Positions 21,113 through 35,699 of a DNA stretch of 64,000 bases are shown one piece after another. The DNA lies in the NCBI GenBank assembly GCA_002633005.1, contig NMRA01000084.1, positions 775,267-839,266 of the forward strand, given 5' to 3'. The notes under the pieces were generated by a model. That model ran no database searches, was not told the origin of the DNA, and saw nothing but the letters and a program-made list of their open reading frames with translations. The position numbers and the translations under genes are program-made. Source of the DNA: Phoronis australis (lineage: Eukaryota > Animalia > Phoronida). The first letter of the stretch is position 1, and each line of letters begins with the position of its first letter.

Positions 21113-23731
21113 TAGTCAGCTTTGTTGTGTAATTTTGGAATTTTTTGGGGAAAGTGGAAACTATACATTTTTGGAAACCTCATAGAATGACAAATCAGAA
21201 AATAATTGATTCCATTTTGGCGGCCATCTTGGGTTTTCAAAAATAGCACCCGTAAAATGGATTTTGTCCAATATCTCCGCTTTTGGGTCACTTAGAATGT
21301 TGGTTTTTATGGCTACACCTCTATTTCTCAGGTCAAGGAATTTAAGTTTTGGGCGCCATCTTGGCGGCCATCTTGGATTTTTAAAAATGGCGCCCGTAAA
21401 ATACATTTTCCTCAGTATCTTTGCTCACATTTTCTAAGTACATTCTTCATGTAATCCGACACATATGATCACTATCTTACTTTCTTGTATATTTTGTTCG
21501 AAGCTTGTTTCCTTCAAGACACTTAAAACTAAACCAGTACCTAAACATCTTATTTACGTTTGAAAAACGCGAAAGTATGTTTTTTGTAGTATCAATAGTC
21601 TTTCAAAACTTTGAAATCAGTCTATAAATTATTACTATAGCCATCACTGACACCAGGAATCACGTCATCATCACCATTCTGACATTCTGCACTATACTGA
21701 CATAGATCTGTGTAAGATAGGTCTTTTGATCGGCAAGAGCATCTTTGGGAAGAGGAATTGTTTTAACACTGGCATCTGACCATCTCAGTGATGGCCTCTG
21801 GCGCCGGAATCTCTTCAGTTGTGTTTCAGCTTGTCATCTTTGTCCTTGTAAATTCATTCTGCAATAGGTCAAGGAACTCCTGTTGAGCAATGACTGCCTG
21901 GCCCCACTCGCTGGCTTGAATAAACACCATCAGCACATGCTGTTTCAAAGCATCAATGGTTGGTGGACGTTTGTCGCTGTCAGCCATATGTTTACAGAAT
22001 AGGTACCATCTCAGCTCTGGAATGCTATTTGTGTCTATACCCTGTGGTGAGTATGCACATGTAAAAGGGGCTAATGTGAAAAGAGGTTCACCTGTTACTT
22101 ATAAGCAGTACAAAAAGTCTGCTGTGCATTGATATCATCGGTGTTTGCCTTCAAATATATATTCAACCTATAGAATGGACCAGTGCTGTCTGTCCATGTA
22201 AAAGCATGGAAAGCAGGAAGAGCCTTTGCCCGGACAGCACCTAATATTGTCCATATTGGATTCACGTCCACAACCCCAGATGCCATGAGGACTGAAGTAT
22301 TTCTGAGAAGCCTGCCATAATAGGCAATGACGATTACCAGTACATCTATGTCAGGTGAAAAGAAAACATCAGCTGAGAATCAGGGACCATTTGATGTGAT
22401 GCCAGAACTGCATGATGTACAGCGCATTAGCAATACATCTGCTTTTTCGTGATCGTTTTCTTCTAAGCGTAGGTCACGTCGGTTGCTCTTTGTTCATCCT
22501 GAAGCTGAAGTAATGGCTATCTTGGCAGAGTCTTTACTATATTCAAGTGTCTTTGCAGACAGATATTCAGTAAGTTGAGCCTTTCTTGGTCATGGGAGAG
22601 GAAACGGCTCTTTGAGATGTTCTTTATGTAAGTCTCATCTCTTATCTGGTGCTGTACTTGACCCTTTCTCTGCCTCCTTTTTTCTCGTGTGGCTTGCTTC
22701 AAAGAGTTGTCTTTGTGGGTGTCAAAAACCAGAATGATATCGTCATAATCTCTAGTTATGAACATCACTTCCATACTATCTACACGTGCAGTTTTATGGT
22801 TTCGGTGAACACACTCATTGGATGTTGTTTACATGTTTTCTGGGTCTAAAACCTCTCTTGCAGCTTGAGGACTGCCCTGTTCTAAGACGTCTGCTTTGGA
22901 AAGTTTCTGCAGAAGATGGATTCGATTCCATTTGTCTGTGTATGACAGCATTGCCCTACTGGCAGCAACGATTGTTCTTTGTGTTAGGGTGAATTCGTAG
23001 CTGACAGCTTGTTTCTGGTCGATTTGCCCAGCAGGCTACAACAGTTGTTCTCGTCATTGATCCTCAGCCTGGTTACTGCCAAGCTTATCTTCCATCCGAC
23101 TGCCAAAGGCAAAATGCATTTCCATTGAGTAGAGGAGAACTGGGTTCCAAAGTGAACAGTGGAAATAATAACGAAATGTTCAAAAGATATGTCTCAAATG
23201 TCTTTTGAAAAAGATATAGATATACACTGTAAATATACATGTAGGTTAATCTGCGTTTCTGTGATTCCTTTAAATATTCTGGGGGTTCGTATCTGCTATT
23301 AAAATCATTTAGATTATTTGTATCATTTTAGAAATAGTTTTTCAATTCCTTACCCCACAAAATGTAGGTGCAGCCATTACAACGAACATTCTAAGTGACC
23401 CAATAGCAGAAATACTGAGCAAAATGTATTTTACGGGCGCCATTTGTGAACTTTCAAGATGACCGCCATTAAAATTAAAAGTTCCAATTCATTGACCTCA
23501 GAACTGCAGGTGTAGTGATAAAAACTAACATTCTCAGTTACCCAAGGGCGGATATATTGGGCAAAATCCATTTTACCGGCGCCATTTTTGAAAATCCAAG
23601 ATGGTCACCGTAAAAATGGAATCAATTATTTTCTGATTCGTCATTCCATGACGTTTCCAAAAATATATAGTTTCCACTTTCCCAAAAAAATTCCAACGAA
23701 TGTCAAAATTTGGACATAGTGAACCTGACTA
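21113..23731 (-). mobile_element. Internally deleted Academ (AcademX-type) DNA transposon with XPG-nuclease-like transposase relic
   Basis: Long imperfect TIRs TAGTCAG...(21113-~21420) / (~23400-23731)...CTGACTA. Minus-strand frameshifted fragments in order: LVFDTHKDNSLKQATREKR, DHEKADVLL, FSPDIDVLVIVIA, ALPAFHAFTWTDST, LFCKHMADSDKRPPTIDALKQH, then a Cys-rich tail. These match the XPG/PIN-like domain and Cys finger typical of AcademX. Flanks tat/tct (imperfect 3-bp TSD). Confidence 0.75.
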
Positions 23732-24349
23732 TCTGGCGGACAGACAAAAAATACCGTTGAAAAGGTTTAGCCCAATTATGGTAAAGTTGCCATCTTAAAT
23801 CGGATCATGAAAAGACAGGCACTGGAAATGAGTGCATGCATAACACTCGTCGAGTCGCAGTGCTTCCAGGGGTCTGGAGAAACTAAGGTACCCTAGAAAT
23901 ACCAACATTGGTATATTTTGTTCTGTTTGTTTTGAAAAAAAACATGTGATGTTGAAAGGACAACGTTTGACTGAGAATGCGTTTTGTTTTAACAATATTG
24001 GTTTGATTTCAATTAATTTGAAAGCCAAAGACTTTCACTTCTCTGCGAGCAGTGTATCACCTTTACATTGTTTTGGTATGAGTTATTAAAAACAGCATTT
24101 AAGAATAAACTCTGATTAACATAAAGTACTGGATGACGGGACACAACAGGAAAGAAGACCCGACTCCACGTTTTACATTTCTTGTTTTCCGCAAGAATTC
24201 CAACCGTTTCAGCGCTCATAATTTGTAGTTTATATAAGCGTGTGCCCATCGGTTGTTCGATGTGCTTTCTGTAGCGGGCAAGACAGGAACGGCACCAACG
24301 GTATTTAGTGGAATTGCGTCAGCCTTTATCAAACCTGTTGGTGTATGTT

Positions 24350-24917
24350 TTACCCATATACTTACAGAAACACAATTCGGTACTTTTTGTAATGAACAAC
24401 ATTACATGTAGGAATAAATGAAAGTTGTCAGCACTTCATCAACTTTCGCATTGTACAAGATTTCTGAAAGGAATTCGAACAGCTAATGCAAAAGTGTCGC
24501 ATTCAGCTTCCCAACAGTCTCTCTTACGATCGAGTTATTCTTGGACTTTACGAGACACATGATTTTCTTTTTAACATTTTGCTTCTAGTTGCCAAACAGT
24601 ACATTTACAAGGAGAGTTGTCACAAAAATATACCTAATTTTCACAGGTTTATTACACATACTTATGAGTACTACGATGCTGAAAAATTAATTGCATACGA
24701 AAACTTTGTTTATGACAGCTTCTCTGCGAAAGGGCAAAATTTCGTTGTTCACGTTAACTACATGTAGAAGTTATTTACTTTAATCGAGATACGAGAATGG
24801 TCTCTCCTGGGGTGCGCATGCGTATTACTAAATGAATGGATGTACTTATTTGTTTGTTTGTTTGTTTTTGTACTGTTTTATAAATGATAATAAATTCTTT
24901 AAAAAAAGAAAAGAAAA
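24350..24917 (+). mobile_element. 5'-truncated L1/Tx1-type LINE 3' end
   Basis: ORF 24486-24767 VILGL...FLFNILLLVAKQYIYK...PNF...EKLIA resembles the Tx1/L1 ORF2 C-terminus; followed by (TTTG)n, AATAAA and an A-rich tail at ~24900-24917. Confidence 0.65.
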
Positions 24918-26258
24918 GTGTCCAAAAAACTTTTCAAGCAATTTCCATTTAATCTTTGTAAATTATTGCAACATTCACTGTTGCGACTGGTCAGAAAGGA
25001 ACAGTTGAGAAGTACCAATGGAGTTCCCAGTAATCAGGTAAACGTTGATCAATGTTCATTTTTGTGAGTATCTCGGGAAAAATGTCCTCGAAAAGAGATC
25101 CAAACTTAGTGTTCGCCTTTGTTCTGCGTTTCCTACTATTTGTCTCACGATTCCTGTTACCATCCTCCCCTTGCTCAAACAATTGAAACAGCTTGAAAAC
25201 GTTGATTTATCAATTGTTATCATATAAACTTCAAAATGGTCTACGTATTTGTAATTTTATTTTCTACCACTAGGTGGTTGTAGGCTTTCTTTATAAAGCT
25301 TATTTTTACTGCTATTTTGACCGATTTTTTGCTAATTTTACTTGTTTGATAAGACAACAAAGTTTAATTATTTCTGTCTGTTAAAATCTTAGTGACCATA
25401 GCACACGAACTCAACATTTTGTCATTTTTCGTCACATCCATTCGCAAATTACACGCAAATACGCATCTTTAATAGCGGGAACTGTTCGTATTTGAAATGT
25501 ATGTATATGAATGAGGTGGAAAACGTCAAAATGAAATTTCCAGGTGAAATTACTCGAGTGGAACACTTGTGAAAGTTCGTGCAGCTCAGAACCCACTGAC
25601 TAATAAGTTATTACAAGGTTCTGCTACCTATAAATCCGTGTTGTTTTCATGTAGATTACTTAATGCTATAAAAGTGTTATCAACTTCTTCAATACTCAGA
25701 TGACATTTGACCTTTGGGTTTGCAAGGAACTGCCAATAAGTTATCACTTGAGAAGATGCGTGGCGCGTGAAATGATGTGTAGCGTCCGGTCGAGTTGCCT
25801 CTCTGTTTTAACTACGAAACAATTTGAGACTGTGTTTATATTGGTAGTTGGTGGTCTAAATAAGAGTTGCTTTGTGATGGAAGCCGAGTTTTTAGTTATT
25901 TTAAGTTCATGAGATTTATTTTGAATCAATTTTGTCCACTGGGCTCGCAGTTTTGTTTTTCGTGTTGTAGATCTAAAAATGGATTGAAATTGTAGATATT
26001 CTAAACGTTTCCCATCAACTAGTGGTAAGGCCATTACTAACTGCTGTTCTGCGGCTACAACGCGAGCACGTTAGCTGTAATGCCTGCCTCACAGGTAAAA
26101 TCGATCTCACAATAATCCTCACCACGATAGATTTATAGAACTATATTTCAGGTGACCAAAAAGAACATAGAGACCACCAGCAACTCACGAAAACGCTTCA
26201 GACTTTTAATTAAGTAGAGTTAGCCAAATCTGAAATTGCGGACTCGAAAATGGCCCAT

Positions 26259-26527
26259 TGGGTGAGTGTTACGCTCGTAAATTACGTGCGGAAATTAATT
26301 CTTGTTAGTGGCGTAAATTAATTATCAATGGCGTGAATTAATTATTAATGACGAAAATTTATTATTTGCATCGTGAATTAACTTTTAACTGCGTCAAGTT
26401 ATAGTTTGCGGCGTAAATTAATTTTTAACGGCGTATTTGCGGCGTAAAGTAACTGTTAACGTCGTAGAAGTACGCCTTTAACAAGAATGAATTTGCGCAC
26501 GTAGTTTATGTGTGTAGCGTTCACCCA
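26259..26527. mobile_element. MITE with ~57-bp TIRs and internal 20-bp minisatellite
   Basis: TGGGTGAgtgttacgctcgtaaattacgtgcggaaattaattcttgtta is the imperfect inverse of the 26470-26527 end; about 8 degenerate GGCGTAAATTAATTATTAAT units start at 26310. Confidence 0.65.
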
Positions 26528-27842
26528 TTTTGCTAACGACGCTTGTAAGCATTGACGGGGACTTCAGTTGGAAAAGGAAATGGGAACCCAAAAGATACGG
26601 ACTCTTATGAGATCGATTTTATGAGAGTAAAAGGCCTAATTTGATTTTTGTTTTTAACTTCGTGAACAGAGTGAAATGCAGCTGAACAGAACGCGGACGT
26701 CAAGTTGGACGTAACGTTCCTGTAGACGACAGAGACGTGGGACGAACATGGCTAGTTCAGTAATGTTGCGATCTATCTCGCGAATTCTGTGATAGGAAGA
26801 CCCAGATTGGCGAAGAAACGAATTAGTGTTCCGCTTTTCAAATCCAAAATCAATATTCGCGTATTGTATGAAATAATCATTTTTCATCTCTGCCCTTAAA
26901 ATTCATTGCATTATTTGTGTGTCAATTTCACTTGACTTTCGCAACAACTCGGTCAATCTTGGGTCTTGGCCTACCGTTTTCAGGGATCTGTTTCATGAAA
27001 AGTAACTTAAGACCACTTAATACACCGATTTGGTCTCACTCTCCCAAATCACGAGCGCCCCCTAAAGGTTGCACTGTAATTATTAACACATCGCTGCATA
27101 GAAATAATTTTGTTAAAATTTTCTGTGTAATGAACGATGGTATCAATATGTAAATCTTAAGCCTGCGTGGAAGTGCAGATCGCAAGCATTTCTGACCAGA
27201 TTTAGAAATGTATGCTATTATAAAACGGATGTATATTCTCGGATAGATCATTATTTTTCTAAAATGAGTTTAAATTACTTCTGAGAAATAGCTATGTGGA
27301 GCGTAGAACCAAATTTCTATCTTCGGGGCACTCTGCATCCTCATTTTTTCGCAGGTGGAAAATGTTTCCAAAAATTCACTTTCGGTTTTCATTTGCAGAG
27401 GAAATTCCTCCTGGTCATTGTGGTGGGGGTACGTGTTAAATGAATCTCGCAAAAAATCCATTGTTGTGAAATATTAGTGACGAAAAATACGTTGCTGCCT
27501 AGCAGGTAAGCTCGGTCCGACTTGTCGAACAAAGTTTGAAATTTGAATCAACTAGGCCAAAAAAATTTTCCAGTTTTTGCTCATCTCACATTAAGAGGTT
27601 GTTTGCCGGACATCAGGCGCTTTTCTGCTAGTATCCTCACACTTCTTGCTTGTGCTCTGACGGTGAGTAAACTTGAAATGATCAAACAAGTCATCTAAAA
27701 CACGTGAAATCAACCTATAATGTTGGCAGTGATCTCGGTCGGCTTGTCTGTTTACAGTTTCCATCTGTCCTTGAAAGTGGAAGGTTACCCCGGCGGAGCT
27801 TAACTGTGGCAACTGTACGCGTTTTGAATGCCCGGCTGTATC

Positions 27843-27985
27843 CAGTGTCGGATATAAGGGGGGGGCAAGTGGCCGGGGCCGTGGCCCTCCCTAAAATTCT
27901 CCTAGATTCCATTTGGCAGTACGGGGGTGCGAATGTTTGACGGGCAAAATCCTGGCTAACACTCAGAATCCTGGATCCGCCCCTG
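27843..27985. mobile_element. hAT-like MITE, copy 2
   Basis: CAGTGTCGGAT...GGATCCGCCCCTG; highly similar to 15847-15999. Confidence 0.7.
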
Positions 27986-29965
27986 CAAACGGTCCTAAAT
28001 AGGGATTTAACTATTAAGTTCCCTACTACTGCGTATTTTTGAACTTGTGAAAACATCGACTGCCTTTTCTTGTATTGTTTTAGTTTCATTTCTGAGTCAA
28101 CTTTTGAGAGTGAACTCTAAGTTGAATTGTCAACATTATCGAAATTAATTAGGGATCTTTTCATGCAACATCCCCAATTTAAGGACTGAATCCCTATGTA
28201 TTTTCAATTAACTCTGGGCTCAGTTTTTAGTTAATATATTATTAGAAAATGTAATTAATCGAAGAGGAGCTCACAATAAAGATGAAATGATAGAAATACA
28301 TTGCATATGTGGGTCCATAAAGACACAAATACTCAAAAAGACTTGGGTACCTTAGTTGAGTCCCTATTTGGGGCTGTTTCATGGAACCGGTCATTGGGAC
28401 CCAAAGACAAGCTCGGACAAAGTCTCAGAAATTTCAGCATTTTCAAATCAGTCACTATTTTTACTTTAAAGCGCCTTTGGATGAGGGGCCTCTATGTACA
28501 GTTATGGTAAATTAATTACTTTGCTGAATGTTACATGCATGTATAAGTTGATTCCGAACATATAGAAATTTGTCTATACTCTTTCCTTTGGTCGTACATG
28601 TTTTTCTACGTCTCTCATCCGGCTAATTTACGAATTAGCAGGACCAAAATTTCTATTCCCGAGGAATCCTTTGTTCGTTAGGTAAACATTTTATTTGTCC
28701 TTTGTTTTCTTTACAAAATTTGAAGCCCGCAGTTTTCAAGGGCAGTCTTTACACAGGTGTGTACATAAGACAATGTCCTATTTAAGCGAGAAGGCCAGTT
28801 GAGTAGTTACATGTATAATGAACCACTGTAGCTTAGTTTGTGTTATTGGTTACGCATTATTCACTATTTCCTTTTCGTCTGTACAAGTGTGCATATTACT
28901 CCCAGGTTCATAGTAAAAAAATGTAAAATCATAGATATCACCATTCAAATGGATATGTGTACTATCGACGTCATTGGTCCGCTGAACCTGGATGAAAATG
29001 CCGCACCATTTCAACTTATATTTAGTGTGTGTTTTCGTAAGAACATGCGCAACTAAAAGCTACCTTATCAATTCTCAAAAAAGCAGACCAGTATCAATTA
29101 ACTATTTTTGCCCCAATAGTTTTTCCTACTTGTAAAACCAAGGGACGAGCATCTATGTATATGAGTGTGGTCGGCATTGTCACGTCTGTAATCTTGCTCA
29201 TCTCTGTATTTGTCATTTTCTTGTCAAAATGATGGTACAGGCGTGAATGAAATTCCTAAGGCGTGTGAACAACATGGAGGACCTTACGGAAAAGTCTATG
29301 TATTAAGCCAGAATCTTCAAAACTGTAAATTTTAATTCAGTAAAGTAGAAATTTTCTGAAATTAGAAGGCCTGTACAATTTGATTTTTGGCTTTTTCCCA
29401 ATCTGTCGTTAACTGGGTCACGTGACGGTTTCTTTTTAATAAAATTTAACAAATTTAAAGAAAAATGTACATCCATCGAAAAACAACGGTATCAATAACA
29501 TGACCAAATTTCATTTGACATAAATGTTAACGATGAAATCTCAAAAACGCTGTTGCAGATTTCTAAATGATCATTCCGTTTTGATATTCGTTTTTAAAGC
29601 TTTTTGAAATGCTTCCTAGAAAATCATGAAAAAGTGGGACGTTTTAAAAACAATTTCTGACAGCGAAGTTGAGAACAGTGTGGTATCTGAATCTTTCATA
29701 TGAGTCCGTGAGACGCGGTGTTTCAAACCTAAAAACAACCTGAAAACAACCATAATGTCTTTTAAAAGTGTTCTGACATCGGTTGGAGTGTTCAAGATAA
29801 AGTTGGCTTTAACTTAGAAATATATTTATTTAATGTTTGCGTACATGGTTTGTTCATTAGACACACCACGATCGCAACTGAGACTTTCTATAACATATCA
29901 TTCACCCCACCAAAATTAGATGCTAAGGAAATCTTGGAATCAAAAGACGCCAGAAAAGCCTGGGA

Positions 29966-30349
29966 CCGGGGTCTAATCTTTGTACTCGAAATCGAACTCG
30001 AGACATTTTTGGCATTTTCCGTTCTCCTTTTGTGCGAACTCAAGATAAACGTATATTAGTCTGTGCTCTATGACATTTGAATATGAGTTTCCAGTCCACG
30101 TTCGCACTTCACGACCCCTAGATTCGAGCTACAAACTCGAGTGAAATCTCGAGATTTCTAGTTCAGACTCAAACTTTTGGCCTAATTCTGGGATCATCAA
30201 GTGCAAGGAGCATTAAACAGTTTCCAACGTACATGTAAGCCATTATGCACTCCAGAAGAGAATAATAAACGCTTAACTTGAGTTCGCACAAAAGCAGAAT
30301 AGAAAACATCAAAAGTAAATTCGAGTAAAAATATTTGGACCCTAGAATC
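29966..30349. repeat. Degenerate inverted repeat (~95-bp arms), MITE-like
   Basis: cttttgtgcgaactcaagataaacgtatattag (~30027-30060) is inverted at ~30260-30293; the ORF track shows LLLCELK on both strands. Confidence 0.6.
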
Positions 30350-33029
30350 AAAATTGCTACTCTCAGTAATCGCCGTGTATATAAAATTGTCTTCTTGAAC
30401 GCGGCTCTGCAATTATTCCTGACAGATATCATTCGTGACCTTTAGCGAAATCGTGGTTCAGTTGTCTCACTCTGCAGGCGTGTTCAGAGATTTTTGGTTG
30501 TATTCCTAGGGGGTCAGGCTTCCTGTCTTTGGGCTAGACATTAGTTGAATCGTAGTTATCGAAGTATACCACCAGGTGGGGCAATATCGTGCATTGACGT
30601 TTCAGTGATTAATTCGTACAAAGGAAGGCCAACAAATTCAACAGCAAGGGGAAACCAGAGCACAATTAATACATTGACCCAGGAATCAATCATTTTCAAG
30701 AATAGTATCATTGAGGGCAATTTTTCTTAACCCCCTAATATAAAATATTTCCCGGCAACGCTGGACACCGATCAAGCCTTTCTTGGCAAGCATCCCTGTG
30801 ATTGTGTTTCTCAATTCCGATATTTAGGACAGAACGTCAATATCTGCTCCCCGCCTTGTAATGGTAAGCATGTTGAAAAAGGTTCCCCTTTTTTCTTTTT
30901 TCTTTGTTCGTCCAGTTTTAATTGCCTTAACAACAGCGAAGCAATCTCTTCCTGGTCCTTCCAAATCCTTGTGTCTTTTCTGTTTATATTCGATCACAGA
31001 AATCTTCTGACAAACACGGCTTGCTTTTTAAGGTTATGTAGGATCCTAGAATACAGATCGGATTTACATTAAATGTTCAGATACTGTGCTTCACACTGCT
31101 CTCTAAAACAGCTGTAAGGAGTTGCTTTCCAAATGTTCCACTTTTGCGTGCGAGGCTATCAAATATAGGGCATATGTTATTTTGATGAAAAAATAGAGTA
31201 GCATGGAAAGAAAACGATGTGATAATTTAGAAAACTGAAACAGCGAAATTTATTGCGATTTAAATTCTATGGTTTGGTAGATACATGTATTTGGCTAAAT
31301 ATACAGACTTGCCTGTGAGGTTCTACATATCCTTGACATTTGTTACTGTGTTCAAGTTCGACAGATAATGTTGTTTAATTAAATCTAATATATTAACCAT
31401 ATACTAGTATAATGGATTATCACACCATGAATATGCCCTGGTTTCGGTTCGTAGGCCTTTAACATATTAGGGCGTTTTGAACTCAGTAGTTTTATTATGA
31501 TAAATTGTTCTTTTTAAGTACGTGAAACCTATTGCAAGCAATACAATTCACGTTGTGGTATCCGACCTATGGCTGGAGCCACGCGAGTGGTCAAAGATGT
31601 CATGTCGCACAACTTGTTTTTGTAAATGCGCTGGTCATGACATCGACCAATTCTCTTATCTTTTCCCAGAACAAGTATAGTAAAATTCTCCGTCGGCTTA
31701 TCAACATACATGTACATCATAAAATGAATCGTCGGTATTGATTGAATTTGCGTCGGGGGTATTATAGGCACCAAGTTCACTGCGGGCGCTGTTGTGAGCT
31801 AAATATTCGTTTGTCTACCTAGTTCTTTCGCTTCGCTTCGCCAAATGTGCATGTAACAAACCCTCAAAGGGTTTTTGGGTCACACAGAGGGTGTCTAATC
31901 ATTTTTATCACGCACAAAATTACAAAGTCTGAAAGCCTGAAACACCAGATTAAACAGCCAAATAATTTTGAACACTCGGGCAACCATAAATGGAAATTTT
32001 TAAAAGGAGTACGTAAAGAATTCTTCAAAGTAACGCCGCAGTCTTCAGAGTAGTTCTTAGAAACTAAAACGAAACAAGGATGTATATACGGCAAAATTCC
32101 TTAATTTCAGAAACAGAATATAGTTCTGCAATTCACGACAATGATCGAAAACATTTGGCCAATACAAACTACGAGACACGAGTATCTAGTATTCTTGACA
32201 TGCATTTGTAAACACAAAAGGAAATTTACAAATCGTAATTTATTCTTTTCTGACAAGATTGAAAGTACGAAATTAAAGAGAAAATCTCTTCAAATAAAGT
32301 AAGTGGGGAGTTTCTGCGTCATTCCAACAGAGAAAGCATTTTGCATAATTAATCATTTCACCGTTTCCTTGTTTATTTTGCCGAACTTTGGTGTATATGT
32401 GCTTTCATTCTTTCCCGACAATATTGTTTACGGCAAACACGCCAATAGTGTATATTTTGTATGTATCAATTGTTGTTATTTGTGTTATTCATAGTCGCAA
32501 CATATGACCTTTTATCACCCACCTGGACTCCATTTTTCATTATACGTGAATCAGTTGAACATAAATTTCCTTGTCACGTCAATGTATCGCTTGTTTTGTT
32601 TGCTGGTTTATCAATGAACATGTCAACAAAATTAATAGATTATTGTTAAGAACATTCTTTACTGTTTTAACGCATTTTTAATTTATTTTAAACCCGTAGG
32701 AGAGTCACGATTCAATTTCAATACGTTTATTTGTCACGATTCGTCAGTCTATATTTCATTTTCCAAGTGTTGATGCGTTGCCTTTGGAATATTTACGTCA
32801 TAAGACGTGTCTATTCCTTTTTATCGTTTTAATACATTTTACTTAGCGTGCTGTATTGTATAAACGTACTTGTAACTTAATCTTTCGGGACAGGTCACGT
32901 ATTCAAGCCGTGTCGCATGCACTTATATTACGCAATACATTTTCCTTCTTTTGATGTTAGTTACAAAAGTGGACGCAACAAAAGTCAAGCGACGTAAATA
33001 GATAAGACAACTACTATCTTGCGTAGGCT

Positions 33030-33490
33030 CATAGGCGGATTTAAGGGGGGCACAGGGGGCCCGTCCCCCCCCCTTTGGCTATTTTAAATACATCAAATTT
33101 GTTACAAACTGAATGCACAAAATATGAAACATGTAATAAGCATTACAAAAAGAAGGTTTCGCTCGCAAACGCTGTGGACCATAAACAAGTAGGTCTCGTA
33201 GTATAAAATTAGTAGTTAAATTGCGGTGGTGCAGTGGTGAAGAACGCGCGCTCTGTCCGCCATGTCATGAGTTCGAGTCTATTGCCCTTGTAGTTTTCTA
33301 TTTTGCCTTTTTTCTTGGATAATACTTCGGGAATCAAGGAAAATGCTTGATTTTTAGAGGTCGGGAGGGGGGCAAACCCCCCTCCCAACCTCCCCCCATT
33401 CAGTGCTATGCGTATCTACAGTCGTGCTCTGAGCAAATGTTTACAGACGAAATGTTGGGCCCCCCTTGTGATATCCTAGATCCGCCACTG
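33030..33490. mobile_element. hAT-like non-autonomous element containing a tRNA/SINE-like A-box/B-box relic
   Basis: Ends CATAGGCGGATTTA.../...TAGATCCGCCACTG, flanks aggct/agact; internal TGGTGCAGTGG (33227) and GTTCGAGTC (33271). Confidence 0.55.
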
Positions 33491-35699
33491 AGACTGGACA
33501 CTATCTGTAAGCTACTTTTCTTAACCCTTCACCTCCCGTAATCTCTTAGCAACAGGTTTCGCTTCCTTGTTCCGAGAATTCTTAACAGGTGAGACGAGGA
33601 AGTTCCTATGACATTAAAGGTGTACATGGGTTTTTACAAGAGAAACCATAGTATAGTGTTCTAAAGGTCTGTGATCTATAATTCGGTATAAGGGTAATCA
33701 AAACCGTAAGCATTGCTCACATTTACACAGAACAGTTATGTTCGAAATCTCTGTAATCTATGCTTCAGCAAAAAAAGAAACCAAGCCCAAGTCTGTTATA
33801 CTTCAATGTTTTTATAAGACAAATGCCATCACCTGAACGTTGAAGGCAAGTTGGCCATTTTTAAATGCTGGCGGAAACAAACGTGTATTGTCTATAAACC
33901 CGCCGTCCGTCGCAAAAGCTAACTTTTGATTTAAACTATTAACTGTCCTAAAATTGTTCTCAAATTGTTCCTTATTGAATTTAAATGTTATTTCCGAGAG
34001 TGAAATACAGAGAGATGACACTATGTTGTTGATTGAGACTTGCCTCTCCAAGCTGGTTCGGCGTGTCATTGTATGCGCTGAACACGCAATCAAGAAATGT
34101 CAGTTTCGTGAAAGCTCATCTCAGTTAGGAAGAAATTTAGATCAGTTTTCAGTAGTAAGTGTTCAAAATCAGGAACGTGAGTTTATAGCCGTTTTAAATT
34201 TTGAATTTAAACTCAGGATTTTACTGAAACATTTCTGCATTCGCTGGTCAATTTGAAACTGACTATTTTATTCATCGTTCCTTTTGTACTGTTTCCAGTT
34301 ACACTTCCAACTGTTCGAGTTGCGCCACTTCATCTGAAATTCACATGCATCTTGAAGTAAGAACATTATCATGCTCGTAATAAAATGGTCTCAAAAAAGG
34401 CTAATTTCACCATTAGAGGTTTGTCCGAAGTATTACACTTCAGGGGATGGCGCACCTTGTTTACCACTAGGTCGATTGTTTTGCGTGGAGTGAGGCATGT
34501 GTGGACTGCTAGTAATTTGGGCTTGGGTACATGAATAAGTGCATATTTTAACTAGTCGTTTGTACATTGTACTCATCCCAAAATGCGAGCGGGTTTTCGA
34601 GCATACAACGGGGGAAGCATTGATCCGAGGTTTCAGTAATGCGTGTTTGCGCGCACAAAAACTAACACCCTGGTGTCGGCATCTCGAGTAGAACACTTGA
34701 ACTCAGGTCAAATGTCAAGCCCTCTTGGTAGATTTTGGTACTTTAAGACGGAAGTAATGTTAGAAAGGAACGGACAACAAACTAAATAATGAATTGTACA
34801 ATGTGCTGACATAAATCAGCGTGTTGATTTCGCATAACAATTAATTATAAATAATTTCTGAACGGTTTAGGGCATGTAGTTTGTCAGCTTCGCGCTATCT
34901 CGATATTTATGGAGGCATCTTTATTTCCTTGTCACAAATCGAGGAGTGTCTGGGAAGGTTCGTACACTTCGTCACCCGACTGTAATTTTAATCTTTGAGA
35001 TATCGTCGCCAAGGTTGCAACTGCATTTTGTATAATAACAAAAATTACGCGTGCATATAAGAATAATCCCAAGACGTGTGTGTATCAAAACTAGACTTCC
35101 GTAATTACTCACAGAACAGTTGGTACATATAAACAAGGTAGGTTCTCTTAGACAGTTTTCTTTGAACAGTCAACTTGCGCTACTGAAAAAAGAATTGCTA
35201 CCCCAATACCTAAATTTCTAATAAGCCCATTTGTCAATTCTCATTTTTCGTGTGGTGTTTTCTGTCTAGAACTGTAGCTCGTTTTGCAGACAGTTTGTGA
35301 GCTGAGTATAGCTATGATTTCTAGAGGAGCTGTTCAACGTCTGGTGGTGTTAAAAAGGATGTATTCTTTGTATCGACCGAGCTTATTTCTTTTTTTACAT
35401 TCATATCCAAATACCATTCCACAAATAAACCTACCTCATTGCATTCCCATGGTAACATGTAAATATAAACAATGGCGGTTTTTTGTTCTAAAAACAGGCA
35501 AGGCAAACTAAAACGTAACTCCACCTCGATTTGCTTAGACAACAATCTAATGTCAATCTTTTTTTGTGTTTTTCTTACGAAACTAAAACTAATCTCTCAA
35601 AAACAATCAAACCGAAATCTTATAACAATAGGTTTTGTTACTTTTAGTACCTAGACTATTGAAATGGACCATAGAGGAAGGATAGTGTGTCCACTGAGA

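Noticed and set aside
26310-26460. CRISPR-like array
   Set aside because: Contiguous degenerate 20-bp units without unique spacers, inside TIRs, in a eukaryotic context with no cas genes.
33222-33290. Functional tRNA gene
   Set aside because: A and B boxes are present, but I could not form acceptor or anticodon stems; treated as a SINE/tRNA relic.
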